From an uncultured Planctomycetaceae bacterium (GTDB lineage: Bacteria; Planctomycetota; Planctomycetia; Isosphaerales; Isosphaeraceae), in assembly GCA_963833985.1 (NCBI GenBank), contig CAWIAD010000002.1:2816001-2880000 (forward strand): a DNA stretch of 64,000 nt, given 5' to 3'. This document shows, piece by piece, positions 33,574 through 49,144 of this stretch. Position 1 is the first letter of the stretch, and every line of letters starts with the position of its first letter. A model generated the notes under the pieces. The model was given only the letters and a program-made list of their open reading frames with translations. It had not been told where the DNA came from and did not search any database. A program made the translations under genes and the position numbers.

Positions 33574-34179
33574 ATGATCGCGATCATCGACTATGGGATG
33601 GGCAACCTGAGGAGCGTGCAGAAGGCCGTCGAGGCCGTCGGGCACCAGGCGGTGGTGACTTCCGATCCGGATACCGTGCGCCGGGCCAGTCACGTCATCC
33701 TGCCCGGAGTCGGGGCATTCGCCGACGCCATGGCCGAGCTCGATCGTAGCGGGCTGGGCGCGGCGTTCGTGGAGGCCGTGCGTGCCGGCACGCCATGCCT
33801 GGGGGTCTGCCTCGGGCTCCAGTTGCTCTTTGAGAGCAGCAGCGAGGACGGCGCGCACCAGGGCCTGGGACTTTTGCCCGGGAAGGTCGAGCGGTTCGTC
33901 TCGCGTCCAGGCCTGAAGATCCCGCACATGGGTTGGAACACGCTCGCGGCGCGACGGGACGTTCCCTTGCTGGCGGGGCTGGGTCCCGAGCCGTCGGTCT
34001 ATTTCGTGCATTCGTACCACGCCGTTGCCGGCAACCCCGACGACGTCGCCGCCGTGGCTCTTTATCCCGACCCGTTCGCGGCCATCGTCTGGCGCGAGAA
34101 CCTCATGGCTTGCCAGTTCCACCCCGAGAAGAGCCAGCGCGTGGGCCTGGCGATGTACGCCAACTTCGCGGCACTCTGA
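33574..34179 (+). CDS. hisH: Imidazole glycerol phosphate synthase glutaminase subunit
   Basis: IIDYGMGNL, LPGVGAF, GVCLGLQLL, PHMGWN, YFVHSY and QFHPEKS. Confidence 0.97.
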   Translation: MIAIIDYGMGNLRSVQKAVEAVGHQAVVTSDPDTVRRASHVILPGVGAFADAMAELDRSGLGAAFVEAVRAGTPCLGVCLGLQLLFESSSEDGAHQGLGLLPGKVERFVSRPGLKIPHMGWNTLAARRDVPLLAGLGPEPSVYFVHSYHAVAGNPDDVAAVALYPDPFAAIVWRENLMACQFHPEKSQRVGLAMYANFAAL

Positions 34180-34261
34180 GGCGGACTCGCAACTTGCGGC
34201 GACCCGCGGTCAGAGATACAGTGTGAGGTTGTTGAAGGACCTCTGTCGTTTTGGTGAACCC

Positions 34262-35020
34262 ATGCAAGTGATCCCGGCGATCGACCTGCGCGGAGGGCTG
34301 TGTGTCCGTCTCCGTCAGGGCGATTACGACCGTGAGACCGTCTTTGGCGACGACCCGGCGGCGATGGCCGCGCGATGGCAGGGCGAAGGGGCGAGCCGGA
34401 TTCACCTGGTCGATCTCGACGGTGCGAAATCGGGCCGGCCGGCGAATGAAGCAGCCGTGCGGAAGATCCTCGAATCGGTGCGGGTGCCCTGCCAGCTTGG
34501 CGGCGGCATCCGCGACGAAGCGATGATCGAGCGCTGGCTTCGCGCCGGGGTCGATCGGGTCATCGTCGGCACCCGTGCCGTGCGCGATCCGGACTGGTTC
34601 CGGTTGATGATCGAGTCCTATCCCGGCCGGTTGCTGCTGGGGCTCGACGCCCGCTCGGGCAAGGTGGCCACCGAGGGCTGGCTGGAGACGTCCTCGGTCG
34701 ACGCCGCGACCCTGGCCGGGGAGTTCAGTGGGCTGCCGCTGGCCGGCATCATCTACACCGACATTGCGCGGGACGGCATGCTCGAGGGCCCGAATCTTGA
34801 AGCCACCCAGGACCTGGCGGTGCGGGTGAAGGCGCCGGTGATCGCTTCCGGCGGCGTGGGCAGCCTCAGCGACATCGGTCGTCTCAGCCAGTTGCCGATC
34901 GCCGGCTGCATTGTCGGTCGGGCTCTCTACGACGGTCGGTTCTCGCTGGCCGAGGCCATCGCACGCGCCTCAAAAACGCCAGAACGAAGAGGTGCTGCCT
35001 CCGTACCGGACGAAGGCTGA
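34262..35020 (+). CDS. hisA: ProFAR isomerase
   Basis: VIPAIDLRGG.CVRL.QG, HLVDLDGA, GGGIR, YTDIARDGML.GPN and ASGGV. Confidence 0.96.
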   Translation: MQVIPAIDLRGGLCVRLRQGDYDRETVFGDDPAAMAARWQGEGASRIHLVDLDGAKSGRPANEAAVRKILESVRVPCQLGGGIRDEAMIERWLRAGVDRVIVGTRAVRDPDWFRLMIESYPGRLLLGLDARSGKVATEGWLETSSVDAATLAGEFSGLPLAGIIYTDIARDGMLEGPNLEATQDLAVRVKAPVIASGGVGSLSDIGRLSQLPIAGCIVGRALYDGRFSLAEAIARASKTPERRGAASVPDEG

Positions 35021-35098
35021 AGCACCGTCTGCGCACGCGACCGTACCGAACCACGTTCCATTCGCCATCAAGGCCGATCCATCGGAGATTCTCGTTCC

Positions 35099-37186
<2,088 letters not shown>

Positions 37187-37219
37187 TATCCAGGTGCCGG
37201 CCGGCCAGACCCAGCATGC

Positions 37220-37250
37220 GGGCTGTGCGCAGTCCGAAGGCGCACGGCCC
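37220..37250. terminator. Hairpin between convergent genes
   Basis: GGGCTGTGCGC / GCGCACGGCCC, 11-bp stem, no U-tract. Confidence 0.35.
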
Positions 37251-37303
37251 CACCAGCGCCTGCTCACTTCAAGTGCAGCGCACGGCACGCGGAACTTCCA
37301 GGC

Positions 37304-37843
37304 TCACCAGAATCCGCCGAAGTTGCCGACGCCGAAGCCCATGCCGTAGACGAACCGCGGCATGGCGTAGTTGTCGATATGCCGCTGGATCGAGTTGTAC
37401 CGCGAGATGCCAATCTGCTGCGCCTGCATCTGCTCGGCGCGGCTGGGATAGCCACCGACCCCGAACTGGGCCACGCGCACCGGGTCGTTCTCAACCTGGA
37501 AGCGGTCGCCGGGCGGATAGTACTCGGCATAGCGTCCCACTCCGCCCGGATTGCGGAATCCGGCCGTCTGATCGCTGTTGTAGTAACCGGGGTAGGGGTA
37601 CGCATAGTGCTGGACGATGCTCCGGCGCCGCTGGGGAGCGTAAGCCTGGGGGTGGATGTGATCCGGCACCGCCGGGCGGCCGGCCTGGGAACGTGCGGCC
37701 GCTGCCGCGTTCGGCGGTGTCGGTGATGCGGCCGGGTTGGCCTGCTGCTGGGCCCTTGCCGCGGGTAGCCCGCACAGCAAGAGAGCACCGGCTCCGAGAA
37801 GCCTGGTTACACTGCCCGCCAGCCGAGTCCGTTGGACACGCAT
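37304..37843 (-). CDS. Hypothetical secreted Tyr/Gly-rich protein
   Basis: Signal peptide (LLGAGALLLCGLPAARA), Y/P/G-rich body, ends GFGVGNFGGFW. Confidence 0.65.
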   Translation of the reverse strand: MRVQRTRLAGSVTRLLGAGALLLCGLPAARAQQQANPAASPTPPNAAAAARSQAGRPAVPDHIHPQAYAPQRRRSIVQHYAYPYPGYYNSDQTAGFRNPGGVGRYAEYYPPGDRFQVENDPVRVAQFGVGGYPSRAEQMQAQQIGISRYNSIQRHIDNYAMPRFVYGMGFGVGNFGGFW

Positions 37844-37897
37844 GAATGCCAGGTCCTGCAAGAAAGGGGATCTATGTTGCTTCTTTGATGCTATTCG

Positions 37898-37914
37898 TGC
37901 AAACCCTATTCCAA
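37898..37914 (-). promoter_or_regulatory. Putative sigma54 (-24/-12) promoter
   Basis: Minus strand TTGGAATAGGGTTTGCA = GG-N10-GC with TTGC, about 55 nt before the ATG at 37843. Confidence 0.5.
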
Positions 37915-38332
37915 CCTACATCACGACGGGCAAGAGCCGCGACGACAATCCTCTCGTTTTTTTCACTTTCCCGGGCCAGCCGCGGAGTTGTGGCGACGCA
38001 CGTCTCAGCCGGTTCATCATGTCCTGCCGAGTCACTTCCCCCCGCGCCCTTCTGCGATCTCGCTTGCTTGGCTCCTCATATCGCGCCGGACGAAGCGCGG
38101 GTCGCTTCCAGGTTCGCAGCATCCATTGGCGTTGACGCCTTACTCTGGAGTGCGTGCTCGGCATGCCATCGCATGACATGCCGTCCTTGTTGAGACCACG
38201 GTGCAAATGCCGTGTACCTGCCAATCTGCCCGCGGTTCGAGCCCTGCGCGAGGACAGGGCCGACGGCCTCGTGCAGCCGCCAGGACAGCGCACGTGGCCT
38301 CATGCGGCAGCACGTGGTCTGGCTCCTGACCT

Positions 38333-39627
38333 TCAATCAAGGCTCAGGAGCGGCTCGACGAGCCCGTCGGTCGTGAACCGGCCAACCAGCCACCGCGCAC
38401 TGGTCTGGTAACCCAGGAACGATCTCGAGGCGGGTGCGCCAGGCTGCGATAGATCACGAGCGTATCTTCACGTCCCCAGCTCACGCGCACCGCAAAGGCG
38501 GTGTCGGGGGCACAGACGCGGGACTGCTGGGCAACGGTGAGCACCCTCCAGTTTGGCGGCCTGCGGCAGCGCCTGGGATCCCAGGTGAGCAGGAGCGGCA
38601 TCCAGAGCTTTCGTCCTTGCGCCATGGCGGCGAGCGACAGGCGAGTCCCGTCATCGGCCGCGCGAAGGTGGCCGCGGTCGGTGTCGTAGGGCGCGGCCGG
38701 CAAGGCGAGCGGGAGCGCCTGGGCTTTCACGCGGCCCCGGGCGGAGCGCAAGAGCATTCCGCGACAGTTTTCAAGGCGCTCGGCCGTGATTCCGGGCGGA
38801 AGACAGAACTCGGTATGGCAGAGGGTTCCGGCGAGCGTTCCGGCCTCGGCCTGGACGGCCAGCAGCGCCGTCTTGCGGCCGCGGAAGAGTACGGCAAGCT
38901 GTCGGAGCCGCAAAGCGCCGGAGCGGTAAGACCATTCCAGGCAATCGGCGGCCGAGCTGGTCACCCACGTTCCCGGCCGCGCTGCTGTGGTGAGTGCGTC
39001 CAGGCCGGGCTGCCGCCATTCCGGGCCGAGCCAGGAACAGCCCGCGCCCACCAGCTCCAGCCGGGTCTGGGCCGTTGTGCCGCGATGATCGACGACCAGC
39101 AGGTCGTCGTCCTTCTTCCAGCCTCCGCGCAGTACCGCCAGCACGCGGCGCTGGCACGACCAGGCCGGCAAGGGAGGTGGAACGACCTTGCGGCTCTGGC
39201 GTCCCAGCCACCAGCCGAGCACGCGCCCTTCGGCGGCCCGAGAATGGCGATCGAAAAGCTCGGCAAAAAGAGCCCGGTGATCCGCATCCCTGGTGCCACC
39301 GTCAAGGTCGGTGGCGATGGAGCCTGCGGGCCTGGAGAAACGCAAGGCAGCGCGCAGCAGGCCGAGCACGCGCTCCTCGACGGGCTGTGGCCAGCCCGGG
39401 CGGCTGCGTGCGGCGCGCATCAAGGCGGCAACACAGTCCCACCATTCAAGGAGGTCCAGGCGGACCGGAACGCCGTCGGCGTCCAGCTCCCGGCCCAACC
39501 ATCGAACCAGCTTCGTCGCGTCGCGCTGGTGAATCCAGTGGTCGACCGCCGCGGCCAGTGCATCGAGCGCCGGTGAAGCGGCGCGAACTGCGGGTTGCGT
39601 CGTCAATCCGGGAAGACTCCTGATCAC
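38333..39627 (-). CDS. Conserved-looking hypothetical protein; apparent frameshift at ~38436
   Basis: Long Trp-rich ORF. The C-terminus reads more protein-like in the shifted frame (SRSFLGYQTSARWLVGRFTTDGLVEPLLSLD*). GTG start at 39627 is tentative. Confidence 0.55.
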
Positions 39628-39970
39628 GGCGCGGACGGAGAGCCGCCTGAAGGAACGGGCGCCCGGGTCCGGAGCACCAGGGGCGTCTCGAGGCCAGTCA
39701 AGAGTAATGGATCCGCGGCCCGATCCCCAGTGGCCAGGCAGGAAGAACGTGGGAGTGCCCAGGTCACCCTCCCTCTGTCTGCTGGATTCTTGGGCGGCCG
39801 TGCACACGAAAGTGACTCGGGTTTTTCGCGGCGTGGAGAGCGCGCGATATTCCGCGAGCCGGGATGCGCTCAGAGCCCTCGACGTAACTCCCGATCGCCT
39901 CTCGCAGTCCGGCAGCGGCACGAGAGCGGGCCGGGGGAGAATCGATTTGTCTCAAGTTCGGAGAAAGTCT

Positions 39971-39987
39971 CTGGCATTGTGTTTGCT
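39971..39987 (+). promoter_or_regulatory. Sigma54 (-24/-12) promoter
   Basis: CTGGCATTGTGTTTGCT: TGGCA and TTGCT with exact GG-N10-GC spacing. Confidence 0.7.
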
Positions 39988-39997
39988 CTATACCCTG

Positions 39998-40307
39998 ACG
40001 TGACCTGGAAGAGAAGAAGAAAACAAAGGCTGCACGAGACATACGCAGCCAGGTAGCTCAGGCAGAGCTTCATCTTACAAGCAGCCACCCCACTGGCGAC
40101 GGTCGTTCTGCTCCGGTAGAACGGCTCCCCCGCCAAAGGGCGAGCGGGACGCCTCGCACGACCCCCCGCTCGCCCTTTCTCGAACAATGGTTGAGCTCGA
40201 AGCAAGGCTTCTGGAGTTCCCATCCCGCTAACCGGCCAGTTGATTTCGTACCGTACGACTAAGGGAGAGGTAGTCGTACGATACGGAGTCTCTGGCCGGT
40301 TTTTTTA
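39998..40307 (+). ncRNA. Candidate sigma54-dependent structured small RNA (~310 nt), family not recognised
   Basis: No credible ORF. Seven consecutive hairpins, including a cUCCGg tetraloop stem and a perfect 14-bp stem. G-U pairs favour the + strand. Ends in a hairpin plus T7. Confidence 0.6.
40230..40306 (+). terminator. Long hairpin with U-tract
   Basis: AACCGGCCAG...CTGGCCGGTT closes a ~29-bp imperfect stem, followed by a T run at 40300-40306. Confidence 0.65.
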
Positions 40308-40333
40308 TTGCCTGCCAGACGCCAGGCCTGGTC

Positions 40334-41314
40334 TCAGGGCCGCTCGGATTTTGATCCGCTGTCCAGGAAACCTTGACCCTTGAGCCAGGTCGCGCAGAGC
40401 TTCGGCCACTCCCCAAACGCCGCGTTGGGACCGATGCCGAACTGGCGAGCGCCTCGGCCCAGCCCCAGGCCGTGCTGGCCCTTCTCGAAGAGGTGGAACT
40501 CGACGGGCACCTTCGCGGCCCGCAGCGCCATCACGAAAAGCAGGCTGTTCTCCGCGGGTACGCCCGTGTCCTCATTGGTGTGTGCCAGGAAAGTCGGCGG
40601 CGTCGCGGAGGTCACCTGGGTCTCGTTGGACAGCGAATGAACGAGTTCGTCCGGGGCATGGTCGCCCAGCAGGTTTCGTTTGGAACCGGTATGTCCATAC
40701 GGCGTGGCCAGGGCGATCACAGGGTAGAGCAGGATCATCCGGTCTGGCCGCGAGCTGACACGCTCGATGGGGTCCTCGGCATCGGTCTTGCCGGCGTCGA
40801 AATGCGTGCCGGCCGTCGAGGCCAGGTGTCCTCCGGCCGAGAACCCGAGAATGGCGATCCGGCGCGGGTCGATGTTCCATTTCTGGGGACCGGCCGCCCT
40901 GACCGTGCGGATCGCCCGGGCGGCGTCCTGGAGCATGGCCGGGTGGTGATACCGCGGACCGAGCCGGTACTTCAGTACGAACGCCGAGACGCCCAGCGAG
41001 TTGAGCCACTCCGCGACCTGTTTGCCTTCGTGGTCCATCGCCAGCATGCCGTAGCCCCCGCCCGGGCAGATGACCACCGCGGCTCCCGTGGCTTTTTCCG
41101 GCGGCGGCAGCCAGACCGTCAGGGTGGGGACGTCGAGTTGCGGATCGGAACCCTTGGCACTCGGAGTTCCCGCCGGCCAGAGGGCCACGACGGGGTGCTG
41201 GGTGGGCTGGTCCTGCCCGGTGGCCTCCACTGCCCGCCCGCCCACCAGCGCCAGCCCGCAGAGCAGGCTCGCCAGGCCAAGCTTCATCCGCTTCCTTCCA
41301 GCCATTCCGCGCAT
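40334..41314 (-). CDS. Secreted alpha/beta hydrolase (acetylxylan-esterase-like)
   Basis: GGAGG RBS and signal peptide. CPGGGY, GFSAGGHLA, TPPTFLAH...D and HGLG. Confidence 0.88.
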   Translation of the reverse strand: MRGMAGRKRMKLGLASLLCGLALVGGRAVEATGQDQPTQHPVVALWPAGTPSAKGSDPQLDVPTLTVWLPPPEKATGAAVVICPGGGYGMLAMDHEGKQVAEWLNSLGVSAFVLKYRLGPRYHHPAMLQDAARAIRTVRAAGPQKWNIDPRRIAILGFSAGGHLASTAGTHFDAGKTDAEDPIERVSSRPDRMILLYPVIALATPYGHTGSKRNLLGDHAPDELVHSLSNETQVTSATPPTFLAHTNEDTGVPAENSLLFVMALRAAKVPVEFHLFEKGQHGLGLGRGARQFGIGPNAAFGEWPKLCATWLKGQGFLDSGSKSERP

Positions 41315-41438
41315 CGTTCCGCCTCCGGTTGACCACGCCATCAGGGACCACAACCCGTTCGAGGGTATACCGGCCGCCGGGACGGAGCAATCGGCTGGAC
41401 CGTCGGTGCGGTCGGAGGCGCGGAACCGATCCCTCGTG

Positions 41439-42621
41439 TCAATGTCCGGCCTGCTCGGCGATGAGCGCAGCCACGGCACGATCCAGGTCGTCCCCGCGGA
41501 CGTCCTTGAAGCGGATCACGCCCGCGGGGTCGAGCACGAAGATCGAGGGAAAGGAAAGAACCCCCCAGCGGCTGGTGATCGGCCCGGTCATGCCACCATC
41601 CCACCAGCAGCGCCAGGTGATCTCTTTCTTCGCCACGGCGGCGCGCAGCGTCTGAACATCCGCGTCGGTGTTCACGCTCAGGAGCGCGAAGGGCTTGCCC
41701 GCGTAGCGCGCGACGAGCTCTCGCTCCTGGGGATACATGCCCACGCAGGGTCCGCACCAGTTCCCCGAAAACGTCAGCACGACGACCTTGCCGCGAGACT
41801 CGCTGAGCACGAATTGGCTGCCGTCCTGGTCGTGGCCGGTGATCTCAGGTGCTACCTGGCCGATCGCAAGGTTGCGCCGGGCGAAGAGCTCGCCGGCGGC
41901 GATCACCCCCAATGGCCGCTGATCGTACCAGTCCGGAATCGCGCCGAACTCGGCGACGACCCGCTCCAGCAAGGCCTCGGCTTGCCGCTCCAGTCCAGGA
42001 ACGTCGGCCTGGTCGACGAACCGGGTCGTGGCCGCCTTGTGCCGCTCGTGCACATACTCGTCGATCGCCGGCGGCCGCGCGCGGACCTGCGTGACCATCC
42101 TGGCCTGGTTGAGCAGGTAACTCGCCAGCGCGTGGCAAGCCCGGCCACGGTCGAGGTGGTTCGGGTTCTGCTCGAGCACCGAGCGCATCAGGGCCTCGGC
42201 CTCCGGGGCATGTGCGAAATAAAAGAGCCGTGCGCAGACGCGGCCCATACCCGGGTCGCGGATGTGGTCGCGCCGTGCCAGGCCGATCGCCCGGTACGAC
42301 TGGTCGCCGGGGCCTGCCTTGGCCGAGGCGATCACGAACTCGATAGCCTCGACGTCCGTGGGATCCTCCGGGTTGTCGCGAATCAGGTTCAGGGCCTCTT
42401 CCGTGTTCGCGGCCGTAACGGCGTGGTAACGGTCGACCGCGTCTTTCCGGGCCTCCGTCCCGGTCCCCGCGCAGCTCCTCCCCGAACCGGACCCTGGCCT
42501 TGTCCTGCCGCTCGACAAGCGCGGCGAGCCGGTCCCTGGCGAGCACGCCTGGCGGCCCCGAGCCCGCAAGACCGGGCAGAGACAGCATCAACGCGGCCAC
42601 GCACAGCACTCGCCGTATCAT
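41439..42621 (-). CDS. Exported TlpA-like thiol-disulfide oxidoreductase; apparent frameshift at ~42467
   Basis: Signal peptide in one frame. Helical domain and thioredoxin fold (GQVAPEI, RGKVVVLTF, WCGPC, FP) in another. Confidence 0.8.
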
Positions 42622-42741
42622 GTGGAATGCTCCCGTGCCCTCCCCGGAACCTTTTCTCGGGCACTGGTCTGACAGTAGTAAAACTTTAGAGGCTGTCTGT
42701 CAACAGCCGGCCGGCCACGGAATGACAAAAAGCGGCCGAGG

Positions 42742-42756
42742 CTGCCACATTGGCAG
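42742..42756. promoter_or_regulatory. Palindrome, candidate enhancer (UAS) for a sigma54 activator
   Basis: CTGCCA-CAT-TGGCAG perfect inverted repeat about 80 bp upstream of a -24/-12 motif. Confidence 0.5.
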
Positions 42757-42832
42757 AGGGAGGATGGCCGTCCATTCCAGACCACTCGACGAAAACCGTT
42801 TCCGCATCAATGTTTATGCAATTCGGGCGGCG

Positions 42833-42848
42833 TGGTACATGAGTTGCA
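42833..42848 (+). promoter_or_regulatory. Putative sigma54 promoter of the groEL operon
   Basis: TGGTACATGAGTTGCA = GG-N10-GC with TTGCA, about 110 nt before the groEL start. Confidence 0.6.
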
Positions 42849-42959
42849 TTTCGGTGCACCATCTTGCTGTGGAGAAGCTGTCGACAAGACGTGACTCGCA
42901 GAGGGTGCCGGGCAGTCAGTCCTCGGCGCACATGCAGAATACGGCAAAGGAGATCGAAC

Positions 42960-44654
<1,695 letters not shown>

Positions 44655-44734
44655 TCACAGGTTCCCGTCACGCAGCGACGACTATCCGGCAACACTGACT
44701 TTTCAGGCAATTCTTGAATAAGGGTGACAAGGCG

Positions 44735-45034
44735 ATGGCAAAGAACACGATTCGTCCGCTCGAGGACCGGGTGGTGATCCAGCAGATTGAGGCCGAGGAG
44801 AAGACGGCCGGAGGCATCGTGCTCCCCGATACGGCGAAGGAGAAGCCCCAGCGCGGCAAGGTCCTTGCCGTGGGCCCCGGCAAGCTCCTGGATTCCGGCG
44901 AGCGTGCCCCGATCGGCGTGGTCGAGGGTGACGAGGTCCTCTTCGGCAAGTACTCGGGCACGGAGATCAAGGTCGACGGCGAGGAGATCAAGATCCTCCG
45001 CGAGTCCGACATCCTGGCCAAGATCATGAAGTAA
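44735..45034 (+). CDS. groS: Co-chaperonin GroES
   Basis: [35 protein letters not shown] and ESDILA. Confidence 0.98.
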   Translation: MAKNTIRPLEDRVVIQQIEAEEKTAGGIVLPDTAKEKPQRGKVLAVGPGKLLDSGERAPIGVVEGDEVLFGKYSGTEIKVDGEEIKILRESDILAKIMK

Positions 45035-45079
45035 CGCGGCATCGCTGCTGGTCTTTCCATCCATCCGTCCGAGGAGCAA

Positions 45080-46711
<1,632 letters not shown>

Positions 46712-46877
46712 TCGATTTGCGGACGGGTGGCTGGGACGCGAGCCGCGGGAGAAGGCTGCTCTCTTCCCGTGCAGCCGCGGCAAATGTACCAGCCGCCCGG
46801 TCGCGATCCTTATAAAACCTGCTCGAGAGGCACGATTCCGTAACTCATCGGGTCATCTGTCACGAACCGGCGTCGTA

Positions 46878-46896
46878 TGATATTCTGGAAATATCA
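46878..46896. promoter_or_regulatory. Operator-like palindrome upstream of dnaJ
   Basis: TGATATT-CTGGA-AATATCA, overlapping a TATGAT -10-like hexamer at 46876-46881. Confidence 0.4.
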
Positions 46897-46966
46897 ATGG
46901 AGACGGGGAGGGTCGATGGACGGCCCACGCCGATCCGGGAACGTCCATGAGGACTGCTGAGACGCC

Positions 46967-48124
46967 ATGCCGATGGCCACGACCAAGCGCGATTTCTACG
47001 AGGTGCTCGGGGTTGCTCGAGATGCCGAGCTTGATGACGTAAAAAAAGCTTACAGGCAGATGGCGCTCAAGTTCCATCCGGACCGGAACCCGGGTGACCA
47101 GGAGGCCGAGAAGAGGTTCAAGGAGGCCGCCGAGGCGTACGAGGTTCTTTCGGACCCCGAAAAGCGGCAGCGCTACGACCGTTACGGCCACGCGGGGCTG
47201 GAAGGCGCTGCCTTCCACGACTTCCGGTCCACCGACGATATCATGTCGGCGTTCAGCGACATCTTCGGGGGCGGGCTCTTCGGCGATCTCTTCGGTGAGC
47301 GCCGGCGCGGGCCGCGTCCCGGCCCCGACCTGCTCATGAAGGTGGAAATCGAGCTGGTGGAAGCGGCACGCGGCACTTCCCGCACGATCGAAGTGAGCCG
47401 GCAGGATTTTTGCGGTGAATGCCGCGGGTCGGGGGCACGCAGAGGAACGGTGGCCACCACCTGCAATTACTGTGGCGGCCGCGGCCAGATCGTGCAGGCC
47501 CGCGGCTTCTTCCAGGTGGCCACCACCTGCCCGGCTTGCGGAGGCGACGGCGTTCGCATCACCGACCCCTGCCCGACCTGCCGGGGCGCGGGCCGCCTCC
47601 CCGCCGCCGCCAGGCTCCAGGTCGATGTGCCGCCGGGCGTGGAAAGCGGCATGTGGCTGCAGTTACGCGGACAGGGCGAACTGGGAGATCTGGGAGCGCC
47701 GCGTGGAAACCTGCGCATCCAGGTGGTCGTCAAGCGGCACCCGTTCTTCGAGCGGCGTCGCAACGACCTGTTCACCCAGGTTCCCATCAGCTTCGCCCAG
47801 GCCGCCCTGGGCGCGGAGATCCAGGTCCCGACGCTGGACGGACCCGACAAGGTCGCCGTTCCCCGAGGAACCCAGAGCGGGGAAATCATCCGCATCAAGG
47901 GGCGCGGCATGCCGGACGTGAGCGGCCGGGGACGGGGCGACGAGCTTGTCGAGGTGATGGTCGAGACGCCGCGGCACCTCACGGCTCGTCAGGAAGAGTT
48001 GCTCAGAGAATTCGCCGAGATCGAGCACAATCAGGTGAGTCCCCGGCGCAGGAGCTTCTTCGACAAGCTGCGGGATTACTTCACCGAGGAAACCGAGACA
48101 GACGAGCCCGGCGAGGCGACGTGA
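46967..48124 (+). CDS. dnaJ: Chaperone DnaJ
   Basis: J domain with HPD, G/F region and four CxxCxGxG repeats. Confidence 0.98.
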   Translation: MPMATTKRDFYEVLGVARDAELDDVKKAYRQMALKFHPDRNPGDQEAEKRFKEAAEAYEVLSDPEKRQRYDRYGHAGLEGAAFHDFRSTDDIMSAFSDIFGGGLFGDLFGERRRGPRPGPDLLMKVEIELVEAARGTSRTIEVSRQDFCGECRGSGARRGTVATTCNYCGGRGQIVQARGFFQVATTCPACGGDGVRITDPCPTCRGAGRLPAAARLQVDVPPGVESGMWLQLRGQGELGDLGAPRGNLRIQVVVKRHPFFERRRNDLFTQVPISFAQAALGAEIQVPTLDGPDKVAVPRGTQSGEIIRIKGRGMPDVSGRGRGDELVEVMVETPRHLTARQEELLREFAEIEHNQVSPRRRSFFDKLRDYFTEETETDEPGEAT

Positions 48125-48188
48125 ACGTGCGCGGGCCGGGCCGCCCCCTGCGATCAGACCGGCCGCGAATTGCCACACGAGGTGAATC

Positions 48189-48767
48189 ATGAACAATCTC
48201 AACCCCGAGTCCGAACGGATGGATGAACCGGCCACCGGCCCGGAGAGTGGTGACGATCCTGCGAACGGTCCGGACGGCGGCTCGGGCCCACGCGGCCGAA
48301 CCGCGCCGGAGCGCGGCGACGAGATCGGCGTGCTGCAAGGGGAGCGGGACGCGCTGAAGGAGCAACTCCTGAGGCTTCAGGCCGACTTCGCCAACTACCA
48401 GAAGCGTGCCAAGCAGCAGGCCGACGAGGTGCGCACCTTCGCCGTGGGCAACCTGGCGCAGGATGTTCTCGGGGGAATCGACAACCTCGAACGCGCCATC
48501 GACGCCCTGCGTTCCTCGGCCAACCAGGGAATCTCCGCGGGACTGGACATGGTCCAGAAACAACTGCTGGGCATCCTGGCCAAGTATGGGGTCGAGCCGA
48601 TTCCGGCCCTCGGCGAGCCCTTCGACCCGCATTACCACGAGGCGCTCCTGCAACAGCCCAGCGACCAGCATCCGGAGGGAACCGTGGTCGCTGAGCTTGG
48701 CAAGGGCTACAAGATTCACGACCGCGTGCTCAGGCCCAGCAAGGTGGCCGTGTCGGTCCGGCCCTGA
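48189..48767 (+). CDS. grpE: Nucleotide exchange factor GrpE
   Basis: RLQADFANYQKR, DNLERA, FDPHYHEA and GYKIHDRVLRPSKV. Confidence 0.97.
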   Translation: MNNLNPESERMDEPATGPESGDDPANGPDGGSGPRGRTAPERGDEIGVLQGERDALKEQLLRLQADFANYQKRAKQQADEVRTFAVGNLAQDVLGGIDNLERAIDALRSSANQGISAGLDMVQKQLLGILAKYGVEPIPALGEPFDPHYHEALLQQPSDQHPEGTVVAELGKGYKIHDRVLRPSKVAVSVRP

Positions 48768-48807
48768 TCTGATCGGCCGGCCAGGGAAGTCGAGAGGGAG
48801 TCATCCT

Positions 48808-49144
48808 ATGCCAACATACGACTATATTTGTGATGCTTGCGGGCACGAGTTCGAGGCCTTCGAGTCGATCACATCGCAGCCGCAGACGGATTGCGAGAAG
48901 TGCAAGGCGCCCGAAGCTGCGCCGCAAGATCGGCCCCGGAGCGGCAATCCTCTTCAAAGGGTCCGGCTTCTACCAGACCGACTATCGCAGCGATTCGTAC
49001 AAGAGTGCGGCGAAGGCCGAGAAATCGTCGTCCGACTCCACGAGTGCGTCCAAGTCCGACTCGGGCAAGTCCGACTCCGGCAAGAGCGACTCCAGCAAGT
49101 CGAGCTCGTCATCCTCTTCGGGATCGTCCAGCGGAGCCGCATGA
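48808..49144 (+). CDS. FmdB-family zinc-ribbon protein; apparent +1 insertion at ~48911
   Basis: MPTYDYICDACGHEFE...CEKC continues as KLRRKIGPGAAILFKGSGFYQTDY in the next frame. Ser-rich tail. Confidence 0.88.

Noticed and set aside
40187..40231. 14-codon ORF MVELEARLLEFPSR inside the RNA candidate
   Set aside because: No RBS, and it overlaps a stable hairpin. It cannot be supported without ribosome profiling or codon-level conservation.
39998..40307. Assignment of the structured region to tRNA, SRP, 6S, tmRNA or a known riboswitch
   Set aside because: No cloverleaf or T-loop, no SRP domain IV motif, no single closed rod, no tag ORF with tRNA-like ends, and no downstream co-oriented gene for a riboswitch to control.
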